NCBI RefSeq assembly: GCF_001194135.2
Contig: NC_068995.1
Location: forward strand, 34,569,312 to 34,633,311
From: Octopus bimaculoides
Lineage: Eukaryota
Direction of reading: 5' to 3'
Length of the DNA: 64,000 nt
Positions within the stretch are counted from its first letter, which is position 1. Each line of letters opens with the position of its first letter. This document shows, in pieces, positions 52,957-64,000 of the stretch. A program made the translations under genes and the position numbers. The notes under the pieces are model-generated. The model searched no databases, was not told the origin of the DNA, and saw only the letters and a program-made list of their open reading frames with translations.

Positions 52957-53579
52957 TTATCTATATGTCTGTCTGTCTGTCTATCTATGTATGTATGTAT
53001 GTATCTGTCTATCCATCTATCTACGTATGTATGCATAGATATTGTTTGTGGTGACGATATGCACAATAGTCTTAGCTTCTGTATTGTTACCGTTGCTTAA
53101 ACCCAGAGAAATTCTGATGAAGAAAACCTCTGGTCAGAAAATGTTCCTGTCCCTTTTTATTTTGCAGTGCGTTTTAGAGCACATTGTTGGCTGCATAACT
53201 TTCACCTAAATAGAATTTTTCTGCTATCTCGAGGAAATAAGATAACTCACACAGGTTTTGTTATTGTATATAGATCTCGTCGGTGAGTTGGTGTCGAGGT
53301 TGGTATGGCTTAGCTACCGTTGGTGTTGACATTAATATTAGTACCAGTGATAAGAATACTGATAAGAATAATTGCACAAGATAGTTTGTACAAGTATTGG
53401 TGATGGTGATACCAATACCTAGAGAGAAACTTAACTTCATATTTATCTATCACTCGAGACAATTTGTTGTGACAAATATTTAGTATATACTTAGACTTTC
53501 CTTTACTTTCTTGCACAACATTTACAAATATGTTTGTATCCTCTTTTTCGTATGGTTATATTTATTTATGCACCCAACC

Positions 53580-53692
<113 letters not shown>

Positions 53693-54337
53693 AACAAACA
53701 CATATTCACAGACGCATATATAGCCGATAAGTTCGTGTGGAGAAAGGCATACTGCCTAAGTCAAATATACCAGAGACGCATACCAATGATTTATCTGACA
53801 GAACAGTTAACGGTCTTCTCTCTCACTCCCCACCTCTGTCTGTCTGTCTGTTTGTCTGTCTCTCTGTTTGTCTGCCTCTCTTTCTGTGTGCGTGTGCATG
53901 TGTACAATAAAATCTTCTCGTGTACTCATATGTGAACAAACACATGCACAACTGCTTGAACTATGTAAGATATTGCTTCCCCCTTAAGCCCTCCCCTCTC
54001 TCCCTCTGTCTCTCTTTTCCATTATCTTTACATTTTCTCTTCTATTCATACATTTCTTGGAGATAAAAATCTCAAGGAAATCAAACAAAATAGACTAAAA
54101 AAAACATTAGAACTAAGCATAGCACAACCACAAAACAAACAAAACACAAAACTGCCAAGCCTACATTTGAAAGCATTATAAAATTCACTGATTTGTAGGG
54201 AGTGGGGTAATACAAAATGATTTATGATCAAACAAAAACCTAACACGAAATTGATTATTTTTGCTTCTTCATAGACTCTATATTCATAGAGTATATATTC
54301 ATATACTGTATATTCCTCGATATTGTAAACAACACCA

Positions 54338-54535
54338 AGACGGTGAGTTGGCACAATCGTTAGCACGCCGGGCAAATGCTTAGCAAAATTTCGTCTGCCT
54401 TTACGTTCTGAGTTTAAATTCCATCGGGGTCGGCTTTAATCCTTTAATCCTTTCAGAGCGATAAAATATGTATCAGTAATCGACTTACACCCTCCCTCGA
54501 TTTCGCTGGCTTTGTAGCAAAATTTGAAACTAATA
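54338..54535 (+). mobile_element. SINE family B
   Basis: cggtgagttggcacaatcgttagcacgccgggc...ttacgttctgagtttaaattcc. Confidence 0.85.
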
Positions 54536-55633
54536 TTTTAAACAGCTGTGAACTTAGTGGAGACTGTAGAAGTGTTTTTAAAAAGTGGTCATTTTGGTCA
54601 AAGGAAATTTTCAGTCTTGAGAACATATATTCACCAACAGACCTAGATTTTAAAAACATCTTTCTGTACAAAATGGAATATATTTATGTGTTATACTGAA
54701 GGGAATTGGGTGCTATTGCCACAAGCTTTCTATCAACAGTCAAGATTCCATTTTAATTCAAGAAAATTGCAGTCATTACCATATTATTTTCCTACATACC
54801 TTATTTTTTTTTAACGGTTAAGGAACGAACAGGCATTTATATTAAATTTAAAAACCTTTAGGCTTTCTATTGACATCCTCAGCTTTTCTGTACAACGAGA
54901 ATATGACACAAACAAATAACCGTGGAAAGTTCTATGAATTTTATTTGTATAAATTTCATTGAGGTGGTCTTACTCTCTGCAACTACACTAATAGAATTTT
55001 ATCCAAATATCATAAAACTTATAACAGATTTATTACAGAATGTAATCCACTTGGAAATTTGGAAAATATCTAATTAGTATATTTGAAATTTAAAGACAAT
55101 TAGTTAATTTTAATATTTATTTTGAAATTAAACGACTTGTTCTAAAAGATACAACTTAACACGTGTAAGCACCACACGAAGTGTGTACGGCGTGCTGTTT
55201 ACTGAACTTTGGAAGTGAAATGGCTGAGATTACTCTTATTTGGAAAGCCTTCACGTTTGGAGCTGAATATTCTTTTATTGAAAACTGTATTTGTAAGAGT
55301 TTAGTATGCAATACACTAAACATTACATAGTCGATAAGTTTATAAAGTGAAAAACTTTGTGATAAATGAAATACCTGAAGTGTTTGATTGTCAATTTGAG
55401 TACTTAGTTTTCAACATACATGGACACAGGATTTAAAATGATATAGTGTAGAAAAAGGAGGTATTTTAGCTAAATTACATTTCGTGCCAAGTTTCAATTT
55501 ATTTTCAGAGAATTTAAAAACATACTAGCTCCGGGACGAGTTGCACAATACAATGCTGTCTTCCATCAAACGAAATCTACTGTTAGGGTTTTTAAAATTG
55601 CAGTTATGTTTGTAAATGTCTAATGTATTTTAA

Positions 55634-57373
55634 CCCTATTTTGATATCAAGAAAAACAAAATACGTTAGCGGTACGCTTGGGCCAGTTTGTGTTATGATG
55701 AATGATGCTAGGTATTGCTTTGAACAGCTGAAGATGCTTCTGGTAAACTTCCATAGTTGTGAATGATCTGTTTCACGTCTACAGGTGTTTGAGGTGTCCC
55801 CAATATGCGGTGAGTATCTGGAGTGATCAACGAAATGGAGAGTTTTTTGAAAAATTTCCTTCGCTTGTGTTTCCTCTTTGATCCATAAGGCAGGTACATT
55901 GTGAATAAGACGACAAATGCACTTAATGCAGAGCTGTCAAGCATCCCATAGAAAACCTTCATTGGCCAATGTTTTCCTTGATGTGGTATACAGGGTGCAC
56001 TTTTGATTATGACAATCGATACCCCTTTTCCATTACCCCAGTAATCTCGCATTGCCTTTTAGTGGCATGCATAGTAAAAAAGAACTCTACTCACTTGTTT
56101 TACTTTGGGTTAATTGATAGTAAAGTGAGGCCATTGCTATGGTCAAATGCGAATTGCACTGTGCCATCATCTGACTTTGTCATGAAGTTGGGACGTATGC
56201 ATTGTTTCTTCTTCATTGTGTCTACTGAAGTAAAGCTCTTCGATTTCTGTTCCATGGCGAGAGAAATGGATGTGTAATAGTTATCTGTGGTAATGTTTCT
56301 GTTTGTTCCCGAAATTGGCCTAATCAAATCCACAACCGTTTGAATTGGTAATGGTAAGCTTGGTGTATGAGTGTCAGCTTTGCAAACATTTTGGAAGAAA
56401 CCGAGTAGAATGATTGGCCATCAGCCAAAGCATACACCCTGATCTCATATTTTCTTTTTCTGTTTGGTATATATTGTTTGAAATTGCACCTTCCTCTGAA
56501 TCCAAAAATACTTATCATAACCAGATCCTGGTGCATAGTGTTCTTCGCAAGCCGCAACAAATTCTACATTGGTGTTTCGAATAGGCGCTAACTTGTCTCT
56601 TCACTGTCTCTTCGCTGATCTCTTGTGGTGGAGTCGTCAAAACGTAAACGATACATGAGAAACAGAAAACGCTTCAGACTCATTGCTGCTCTGCATAAAA
56701 GTTTTCAAGTACCATCAGTGGCTCTGACACTTACAGCACTCTTTCTCTGTAGCTTTTTGTAACATCCAAGAACAGCAGAATACCAAGGAATCCCGTTTCG
56801 TTTGTGTCGTATAAAAAGCGAAGGCTACTTTTGTTACTCTTTCTCAAATTTTCAATCTTCTGATTTGTTCCTCTACAATTTCTGATAGCATAAATATCAA
56901 AATATAACTCGGATGATTTCAAGGGTGCACCTGCCTCGCGTTCTTTACCCTTTGGCTCCGGTGTCCCCATGAAATATATTTCGCCCCTGTGTTCTTTCAT
57001 TGTTTTTTGTTTTGTTAACCTCGAACTTCTTGACTAATAATAGAATCTTGGTCCTCTTCAGATTCAGAATCCCTTGTCCTTGTATTATCGTCTTTCTCTT
57101 CGCTGTTGATTGTATCATTTGTCTCTTCTAAGATCTCCATCAACTTGTATGGATCCAACTTTAGGCATTGTTCATTTTAGACATTGCCTTTCAGACATTG
57201 TTCATTGCTTCAGATGCCACAAAACCTAAAAGCAAAGAAATATATATTTATATCATAGAGAGCTCTAGGGAGTCAATTTAACCCAAGCCAGAAGAATGTA
57301 ACAACAACAATAATGAAGACGAAATTGCAAGAATGTAAACAGTTAATATTGATCCCATGGTAGCAGTTATGGG
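55634..57373 (-). mobile_element. Decayed piggyBac transposon (PGBD4-like transposase remnants)
   Basis: Minus remnants: acidic N-terminus, AAMSLKRFLFLMYRLRFDD, FRGRCNFKQYIPN..KYEIRVYALAD, RNITTDNYYTS, HWPMKVFYGMLD. Candidate ends TTAA-CCC at 55630-55636 and GGG-TTAA at 57371-57377. TIR match beyond CCC is poor, so the ends are tentative. Confidence 0.85.
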
Positions 57374-59889
57374 TTAAATTTATTGTTTTGTGCACATTAC
57401 ATGTCTTGCCGCAGTACATTGACATTACGAACTTTAATTTCTACGGAAGAAGTTCGAGTTTTAGTCTAAATTGTTTCATTTACTCTACTAATTCCCCAAA
57501 TAAACTCACCAATACCATATGCTCATTTCTTCGTAGTAGCACAGCCAGAAGCTAGAGTGTATACTGCCTGGAACAACCATAGAGTTTGCTGCTCCGTATC
57601 GGACGTCCAAACTTATATAAGGTTATACAGCAAACCGAAACGTGCTACTCCTATAAAACGTCCACCCAGAAAGGACCGCTTCCCACCCTCTCCTCTAGCT
57701 ACGCTACTGCATCCACAATTCCTAATGGTAAATGAATTGAATACACGTTTGCGTATTTCTGGTAAAGGAACTTCAAATAATTCCCTCTGTTGCACACAAT
57801 TTTCAGAGTATAATACACATAGGTACAAACTGCGCTTTCCTCTTCTCTCATTCCCTGTCATTAAATACGACCACATATCTACAAACTGCTAATCCACACA
57901 AACATAAGTGCACATATGTGTATGTAGACGTGTATGAACCACTTGATATAAATAATCTCTTCTCAAGATGTTTCTCTGTTTAGGAAGTTGAACATATAGT
58001 TTATGTATTTCTGCTATTGTCTGTTACGCGATGTTTGAATAATATCATAGAACAATCAAAAGTTTGGACTAATCAGAAAGCTCACCTCTTGGTATTTCTT
58101 TAGAGTCTGTTAGTACGATTATATCTGTGGATATTTCTCTTCGTTGTTTTTTGAATGAATGGAGAGTATTTCCTCACAGAGTGAGCATCCTAAATATTGA
58201 TAGGAAAGTACTGTAAATGCATTTTGGTATATGGTCTTGTATCAATAGTCATTCCTTTCTATATGTATCGACAACAATTTTACAAGACATATTTTCGTCA
58301 ATACCCATGTATTTGTAGTTCATATTTTGCAGATAAACAGAAACCAGGGACGATGATTTGGAAGAAGTTGAGAAATGGGTTTTTCATGCAGTTTTTCATG
58401 TTCTACGTTGGATGGTGAAATTTATTTTGCATACTCTGTATTTGTATGGCACACTCTTTGAAATATTTTGATTAAATCTAGCAGTTTCTCAGCATTGTAA
58501 ATATTTTCAGTGTAGATCAACATAAATGATGTCTTACAAATGTGCTTCTTGCTATTGTAGCATATAACTACGTTGTATTTCCCCAGAAAATGACTGATTT
58601 TAGTACCTAAATAAACAAACTCCCAAACAGTTTCTTTTAAATATTTATAGCATGGGAAATAGCCAACCTGCTTTCATCAAAGAATGGTTCAATGTATCTT
58701 TGAGAGTAATTCAGCAGTAACTAGGGTACTACGAACTTTTTAAATATACAATGATTGAAGCAGCCGTTAATATCTTGTATGAAATCATAAACTAGCAACG
58801 TTTCTACGGTGAGTGCTTTCTCTTCAGATTGCACATCTCGACATAACAATGCTATCTCCTTTTCACCTGCTTACTCGTTAGTCACAAGCTTGCTGTATAT
58901 GCAATGGTCATAGAATTATTTGAGATTACTTATGTAGAACCTGTGTAAAGACAGTTATAATGCTTACCAAGTGTTTGACCTCTCAAATTATGTTATCAAA
59001 CTTGTCTTCAAGATTTGTCTGTACTATGTCATATCATTTTGATTTCAGTTCGGTCTTGATTAAAAATTGTTTTGATAGACAGCTGCCTGATATACACAGC
59101 ATCAAAATCTTCTGCTATTATATAAACATTAAGTTCCTTTTATTTAGTTAAATACTTTTTCGCTTCACATACCATAAACCTGAAACTTTAGGGAAAGTTT
59201 CGGATTTACTTATTTTATGGTGATTGGCATTTTTGCAACATATTAAATAAGTGGCAGTTTTGAAAGTTATAAAGAAAATGATGTTACTCCTCTTGTGAGT
59301 ATCTATGATGTTCAAAATGAATTTCCTAGTCGCGTGAGTAGTATTCCATTCAGGTTTGATTAAGGGCGAGATGTCAAGTAAAATGCATTCATTTTGTATA
59401 CGTAGGAGGAAACAGTCAGTTACAGAGAAACGTTGAATAAGGTTGAGGAAAATTGTAGAGGAAAATGATAAACATTTTAATACACTTCTGCACATCTGTT
59501 GTTGATAGCCCTATATTTAGATGTGAATTGATATGTGTGTACATGCATAATACATACATACGTATATGCATATACTTATATTCATATATAAGTAGATATA
59601 TTTATATAAAATATATAACGTATGTATCTGTATTTATAAATGTACATAGACAAATAGGTGCACATGTATACATACAACTTCGTATCACAATCAACAACTT
59701 ATACTTTAATCCAAATAAGAAAAATCACTTCTCAACCCTTCAACTTTGCACTGCTTTACATCAGGATTTAAAGAAATTTTCGAATTTATAGTGTATGTGT
59801 TTTAGTGTGATTGGAATCGTAACACTTCATCCAATAGATAAGATTTTTTTAAATGGCAAAGTAGAATATAGTGTTGGCATTAATTGTAG

Positions 59890-60036
59890 TCATTCAAATT
59901 CCGCTGGAGTCGACTTTGTTTTTCATCATTTCAGGGTCGATAAAATAAGTACCAGTTGAGTACTGGGGTCGATGTAATTGACTAGCCTTCTCCCCTAAAA
60001 TTTCAGGACTTGTGGGTGTAGTACAAAGGATTATTA
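59890..60036 (+). mobile_element. SINE family B, 5'-truncated
   Basis: ttcaaattccgctggagtcgactttg...gggtcgataaaataagtaccagttgagtactggggtcgatg. Confidence 0.85.
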
Positions 60037-60142
60037 ATTGCAGTCATGTTAGCGTGGGTAAATTTCCATTTAACGAGAATTAATTTATGTATGTATGTAT
60101 ATATGTATGTTCGCATATACATATATACATACATACATACAT

Positions 60143-60193
<51 letters not shown>

Positions 60194-60198
60194 AATAT

Positions 60199-60239
<41 letters not shown>

Positions 60240-60462
60240 CAAATTATAGGGGTTTATGGGGGTTTAGTTCACAGCTGATCTAAACGATTAGGTACGCTGT
60301 AATGGATTACTAGAGCTCCAAGTTTATAGCCGAGACGGTAGTTATGCAGCCATTGCAGATTTCCGATGCAGTGGAAATATAATTGTTAAAGAGGACAACA
60401 AACCTCAAGGCAAGGCAATCATCTCAAGTCGTATGCATTATTATAATTGGAAAAGATTCAAA

Positions 60463-60516
60463 GTCATACAGCTGTTTCTGGAAATCCCCGAGTAAGTATA
60501 TTTCGTCTTCAGAGAC
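60463..60516 (-). ncRNA. Type I hammerhead ribozyme, weakened copy
   Basis: Minus strand gtct-CTGAAGA-cgaaatatacttactcggggatttcca-GAAA-CAGCTG-TA-tgac. Core intact, but stems I and II are mismatched at their first pairs. Confidence 0.65.
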
Positions 60517-60600
60517 AAATAGGGAAAAATAGGGAAAATGAGAATGGTATATAATAATGAGATGTATATACCATTCTCATTTTCCCTATTTTCCTTATTT

Positions 60601-60656
60601 GTCTCTGATGACGGAATATCCCATACTCGGGGATATCCCGGAAACAGCTGTAAGAC
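60601..60656 (+). ncRNA. Type I hammerhead ribozyme with intact core
   Basis: Stem I gtct/agac; CTGATGA (60605-60611); stem II cggaatatccc/gggatatcccg, 10 of 11 pairs; GAAA (60641-60644); stem III contained in palindrome ACAGCTGT; GUA cleavage triplet ending at 60652. Confidence 0.85.
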
Positions 60657-60745
60657 TTTTAATTTCTTTTCCAGTAATAATATTGTATACGACTTGAGAT
60701 GTTTGCCTTGTCTTAACGTTTGTTGCCGTCTTTAGCAATTATATC

Positions 60746-60785
60746 TATGTATGTATGTATGTATGTATGTATGTATGTATGTATG

Positions 60786-60822
<37 letters not shown>

Positions 60823-60838
60823 GTCTGCCTGTCTGTCT

Positions 60839-60895
<57 letters not shown>

Positions 60896-60992
60896 CATAC
60901 ATACATACACACATACATACATACATACATACATACATACATACATGCATACACACAAATGGACGTTCACACACACACACACACACACACAC
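60746..60992. repeat. Compound (TATG)(TATC)(TGTC)(CATA)(CA) microsatellite
   Basis: Direct tandem repeats. Confidence 0.95.
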
Positions 60993-61345
60993 GACGTATA
61001 CGAACTTTAGGTTAGTTAAAATATTTTTCTGACATATTTCAATTTCTAAAACCAAATTCACTGTAGTTACCGCGTAGAAAGAAGAACATCTCTTACGGCA
61101 AAATGCGCAAAAACACCATATTTCCCAGTTGTCGTCCGCTGTCAGATTCCCAGCATTTTTTGCTCTTTATGAGTTATCAAGGGGAAATACCGAAGAGGGG
61201 TTACTGCAGGCAGATTTAAAGCTGCATATTTAAATAAAACATATTCAAAAACATTGAGTGATTTGCGCTGTTAGATCGCCAGGTAGGAAGAAGCTCAGTA
61301 GTATCAGCGCCAAACAGCATTTCACATATGCCATGCGAACATTAG

Positions 61346-61403
61346 CCAAGCTGCGTTTAGGCATAAGCGAACTTAAAATCCCTTATGCCTAAGCACTGCT
61401 TGG
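61346..61403. ncRNA. Pre-miRNA-like hairpin (candidate)
   Basis: ccaagctgcgtttaggcataagcg / cccttatgcctaagcactgcttgg pair at 21 of 24 positions (one G-U) around a 10-nt loop, in sequence not recognised as a repeat. Confidence 0.4.
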
Positions 61404-62141
61404 AGATGATACAGCTGAATANNNNNNNNNNNNNNNNNNNNNNNNNNNNNNNNNNNNNNNNNNNNNNNNNNNNNNNNNNNNNNNNNNNNNNNNNNNNNNN
61501 NNNNNNNNNNNNNNNNNNNNNNNNNNNNNNNNNNNNNNNNNNNNNNNNNNNNNNNNNNNNNNNNNNNNNNNNNNNNNNNNNNNNNNNNNNNNNNNNNNNN
61601 NNNNNNNNNNNNNNNNNNNNNNNNNNNNNNNNNNNNNNNNNNNNNNNNNNNNNNNNNNNNNNNNNNNNNNNNNNNNNNNNNNNNNNNNNNNNNNNNNNNN
61701 NNNNNNNNNNNNNNNNNNNNNNNNNNNNNNNNNNNNNNNNNNNNNNNNNNNNNNNNNNNNNNNNNNNNNNNNNNNNNNNNNNNNNNNNNNNNNNNNNNNN
61801 NNNNNNNNNNNNNNNNNNNNNNNNNNNNNNNNNNNNNNNNNNNNNNNNNNNNNNNNNNNNNNNNNNNNNNNNNNNNNNNNNNNNNNNNNNNNNNNNNNNN
61901 NNNNNNNNNNNNNNNNNNNNNNNNNNNNNNNNNNNNNNNNNNNNNNNNNNNNNNNNNNNNNNNNNNNNNNNNNNNNNNNNNNNNNNNNNNNNNNNNNNNN
62001 NNNNNNNNNNNNNNNNNNNNNNNNNNNNNNNNNNNNNNNNNNNNNNNNNNNNNNNNNNNNNNNNNNNNNNNNNNNNNNNNNNNNNNNNNNNNNNNNNNNN
62101 NNNNNNNNNNNNNNNNNNNNNNNNNNNNNNNNNNNNNNNNN

Positions 62142-62193
<52 letters not shown>

Positions 62194-62711
62194 TGTGTGT
62201 CTGTGTGTGTGCGTGTGTATGTATGTATGTATGTATGTGTGTGTGTGTATGTGTGTGGTTGTTCACTTACGAGAAAACAGTGGAGTACGTACTGTTGCAT
62301 AACGTAAAATTAGTTTTTAAGGCTGGTTCTTCAGTGTTATTCTATTGTTTATGTTTCGTATAGGACGGAGAACTTACGTTGCTCCCGCCGGAAGAGAAAA
62401 ATCATACAGCCGCCCTACATCGCAAACATGAGTATGTATGTGTCTGTCTATCTATCTGCTTCTCTCTCTCTCTCTCTCTCCATATATATAGATAATATAC
62501 TGAACGTTTGTACGTTCGTGTCTATTTCTGGGTATTTCTACTATTAGGACTTTATTAACCTAAATGAATTTACTCAGGATTGCACCTAAGGACTTACGGA
62601 CTTATTTCTACATGATCGGAAAGTAGAACTGGGAACTGTTATACTTTTTTCTCTCTCTCTTCATCTCCTTATTTATTTTCTCCTGTCCTCTGTGTCGTCA
62701 ATTCATTAATC

Positions 62712-62871
62712 CATACCCTTCTCATTTTACCTATTTCTCTCCGATGACGGAATATCCCATATACTGGGATATCTTAGAAACAGCTGTAAGACTTTGATTT
62801 TTTTCCAATAATAATACCGTATATGACTTGAGATATTTTCTTACCTTAACGTTTCTTGTCCTCTTTAACAA

Positions 62872-62876
<5 letters not shown>
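62712..62876 (+). mobile_element. Third copy of the ~180-bp HHR unit (HHR at 62737-62792, core U4 changed to C)
   Basis: ccttctcatttt...CCGATGA-cggaatatcccatatactgggatatctta-GAAA-CAGCTG-TA-agac...gacttgagat...tctttaacaa, then (TA)n; homologous to 60565-60744. Confidence 0.88.
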
Positions 62877-62905
<29 letters not shown>

Positions 62906-63884
62906 NNNNNNNNNNNNNNNNNNNNNNNNNNNNNNNNNNNNNNNNNNNNNNNNNNNNNNNNNNNNNNNNNNNNNNNNNNNNNNNNNNNNNNNNNNNNNNN
63001 NNNNNNNNNNNNNNNNNNNNNNNNNNNNNNNNNNNNNNNNNNNNNNNNNNNNNNNNNNNNNNNNNNNNNNNNNNNNNNNNNNNNNNNNNNNNNNNNNNNN
63101 NNNNNNNNNNNNNNNNNNNNNNNNNNNNNNNNNNNNNNNNNNNNNNNNNNNNNNNNNNNNNNNNNNNNNNNNNNNNNNNNNNNNNNNNNNNNNNNNNNNN
63201 NNNNNNNNNNNNNNNNNNNNNNNNNNNNNNNNNNNNNNNNNNNNNNNNNNNNNNNNNNNNNNNNNNNNNNNNNNNNNNNNNNNNNNNNNNNNNNNNNNNN
63301 NNNNNNNNNNNNNNNNNNNNNNNNNNNNNNNNNNNNNNNNNNNNNNNNNNNNNNNNNNNNNNNNNNNNNNNNNNNNNNNNNNNNNNNNNNNNNNNNNNNN
63401 NNNNNNNNNNNNNNNNNNNNNNNNNNNNNNNNNNNNNNNNNNNNNNNNNNNNNNNNNNNNNNNNNNNNNNNNNNNNNNNNNNNNNNNNNNNNNNNNNNNN
63501 NNNNNNNNNNNNNNNNNNNNNNNNNNNNNNNNNNNNNNNNNNNNNNNNNNNNNNNNNNNNNNNNNNNNNNNNNNNNNNNNNNNNNNNNNNNNNNNNNNNN
63601 NNNNNNNNNNNNNNNNNNNNNNNNNNNNNNNNNNNNNNNNNNNNNNNNNNNNNNNNNNNNNNNNNNNNNNNNNNNNNNNNNNNNNNNNNNNNNNNNNNNN
63701 NNNNNNNNNNNNNNNNNNNNNNNNNNNNNNNNNNNNNNNNNNNNNNNNNNNNNNNNNNNNNNNNNNNNNNNNNNNNNNNNNNNNNNNNNNNNNNNNNNNN
63801 NNNNNNNNNNNNNNNNNNNNNNNNNNNNNNNNNNNNNNNNNNNNNNNNNNNNNNNNNNNNNNNNNNNNNNNNNNNNNNNNNNNN

Positions 63885-63915
<31 letters not shown>

Positions 63916-63944
63916 GTACATACCTACATATATATGTATATACA

Positions 63945-64000
63945 CATGTGTATATGGGTACAGGACGTAAAAAAAAAAAAAAAACGGAACAATCTGAAAA
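63945..64000 (-). mobile_element. Terminus of a repeat related to the 26440 PLE pLTR end
   Basis: catgtgtatat...gggtacaggacgt matches acatgtgtatata...gggtacaggacgt at about 26428-26464; cut by the window edge. Confidence 0.5.

Larger units (their letters stand above)
60377..60744. repeat. Inverted repeat of two head-to-head ~180-bp HHR-bearing units (PLE pLTR- or retrozyme-like)
   Basis: Arm 60377-60553 is the reverse complement of arm 60565-60744 (roughly 80-85% by eye; innermost 24 bp perfect), with an 11-nt spacer. Confidence 0.92.

Overview
AT-rich, repeat-dense eukaryotic DNA with about 4.3 kb of N gaps. The SINE families and very high microsatellite load look like an octopus (coleoid cephalopod) draft assembly; this is inference from recalled repeat families, not a search. 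No intact, recognisable host protein-coding gene, rRNA, tRNA or CRISPR array is visible. Nearly all long ORFs in the track are microsatellite or gap artefacts. The window holds at least four tRNA-derived SINE families (about 20 copies, three with clear TSDs), two decayed mariner elements with TIRs and TA TSDs, and one decayed piggyBac. It also holds an internally deleted R4/Dong-type non-LTR element flanked by (ATT)n on both sides, RTE and L1/Tx1 LINE fragments, and several Penelope-like element (PLE) remnants with hammerhead ribozyme (HHR) motifs. Most interesting: (1) a ~370-bp palindrome of two head-to-head ~180-bp HHR units, one with an intact type-I core, plus a third copy 2.1 kb away; (2) a ~56-bp mariner transposase fragment sitting at the breakpoint where the Dong element lost its RT core; (3) a 58-nt pre-miRNA-like hairpin in unique sequence. 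A few candidate exons on both strands suggest the window may be intronic, but they could not be assembled into a known protein.
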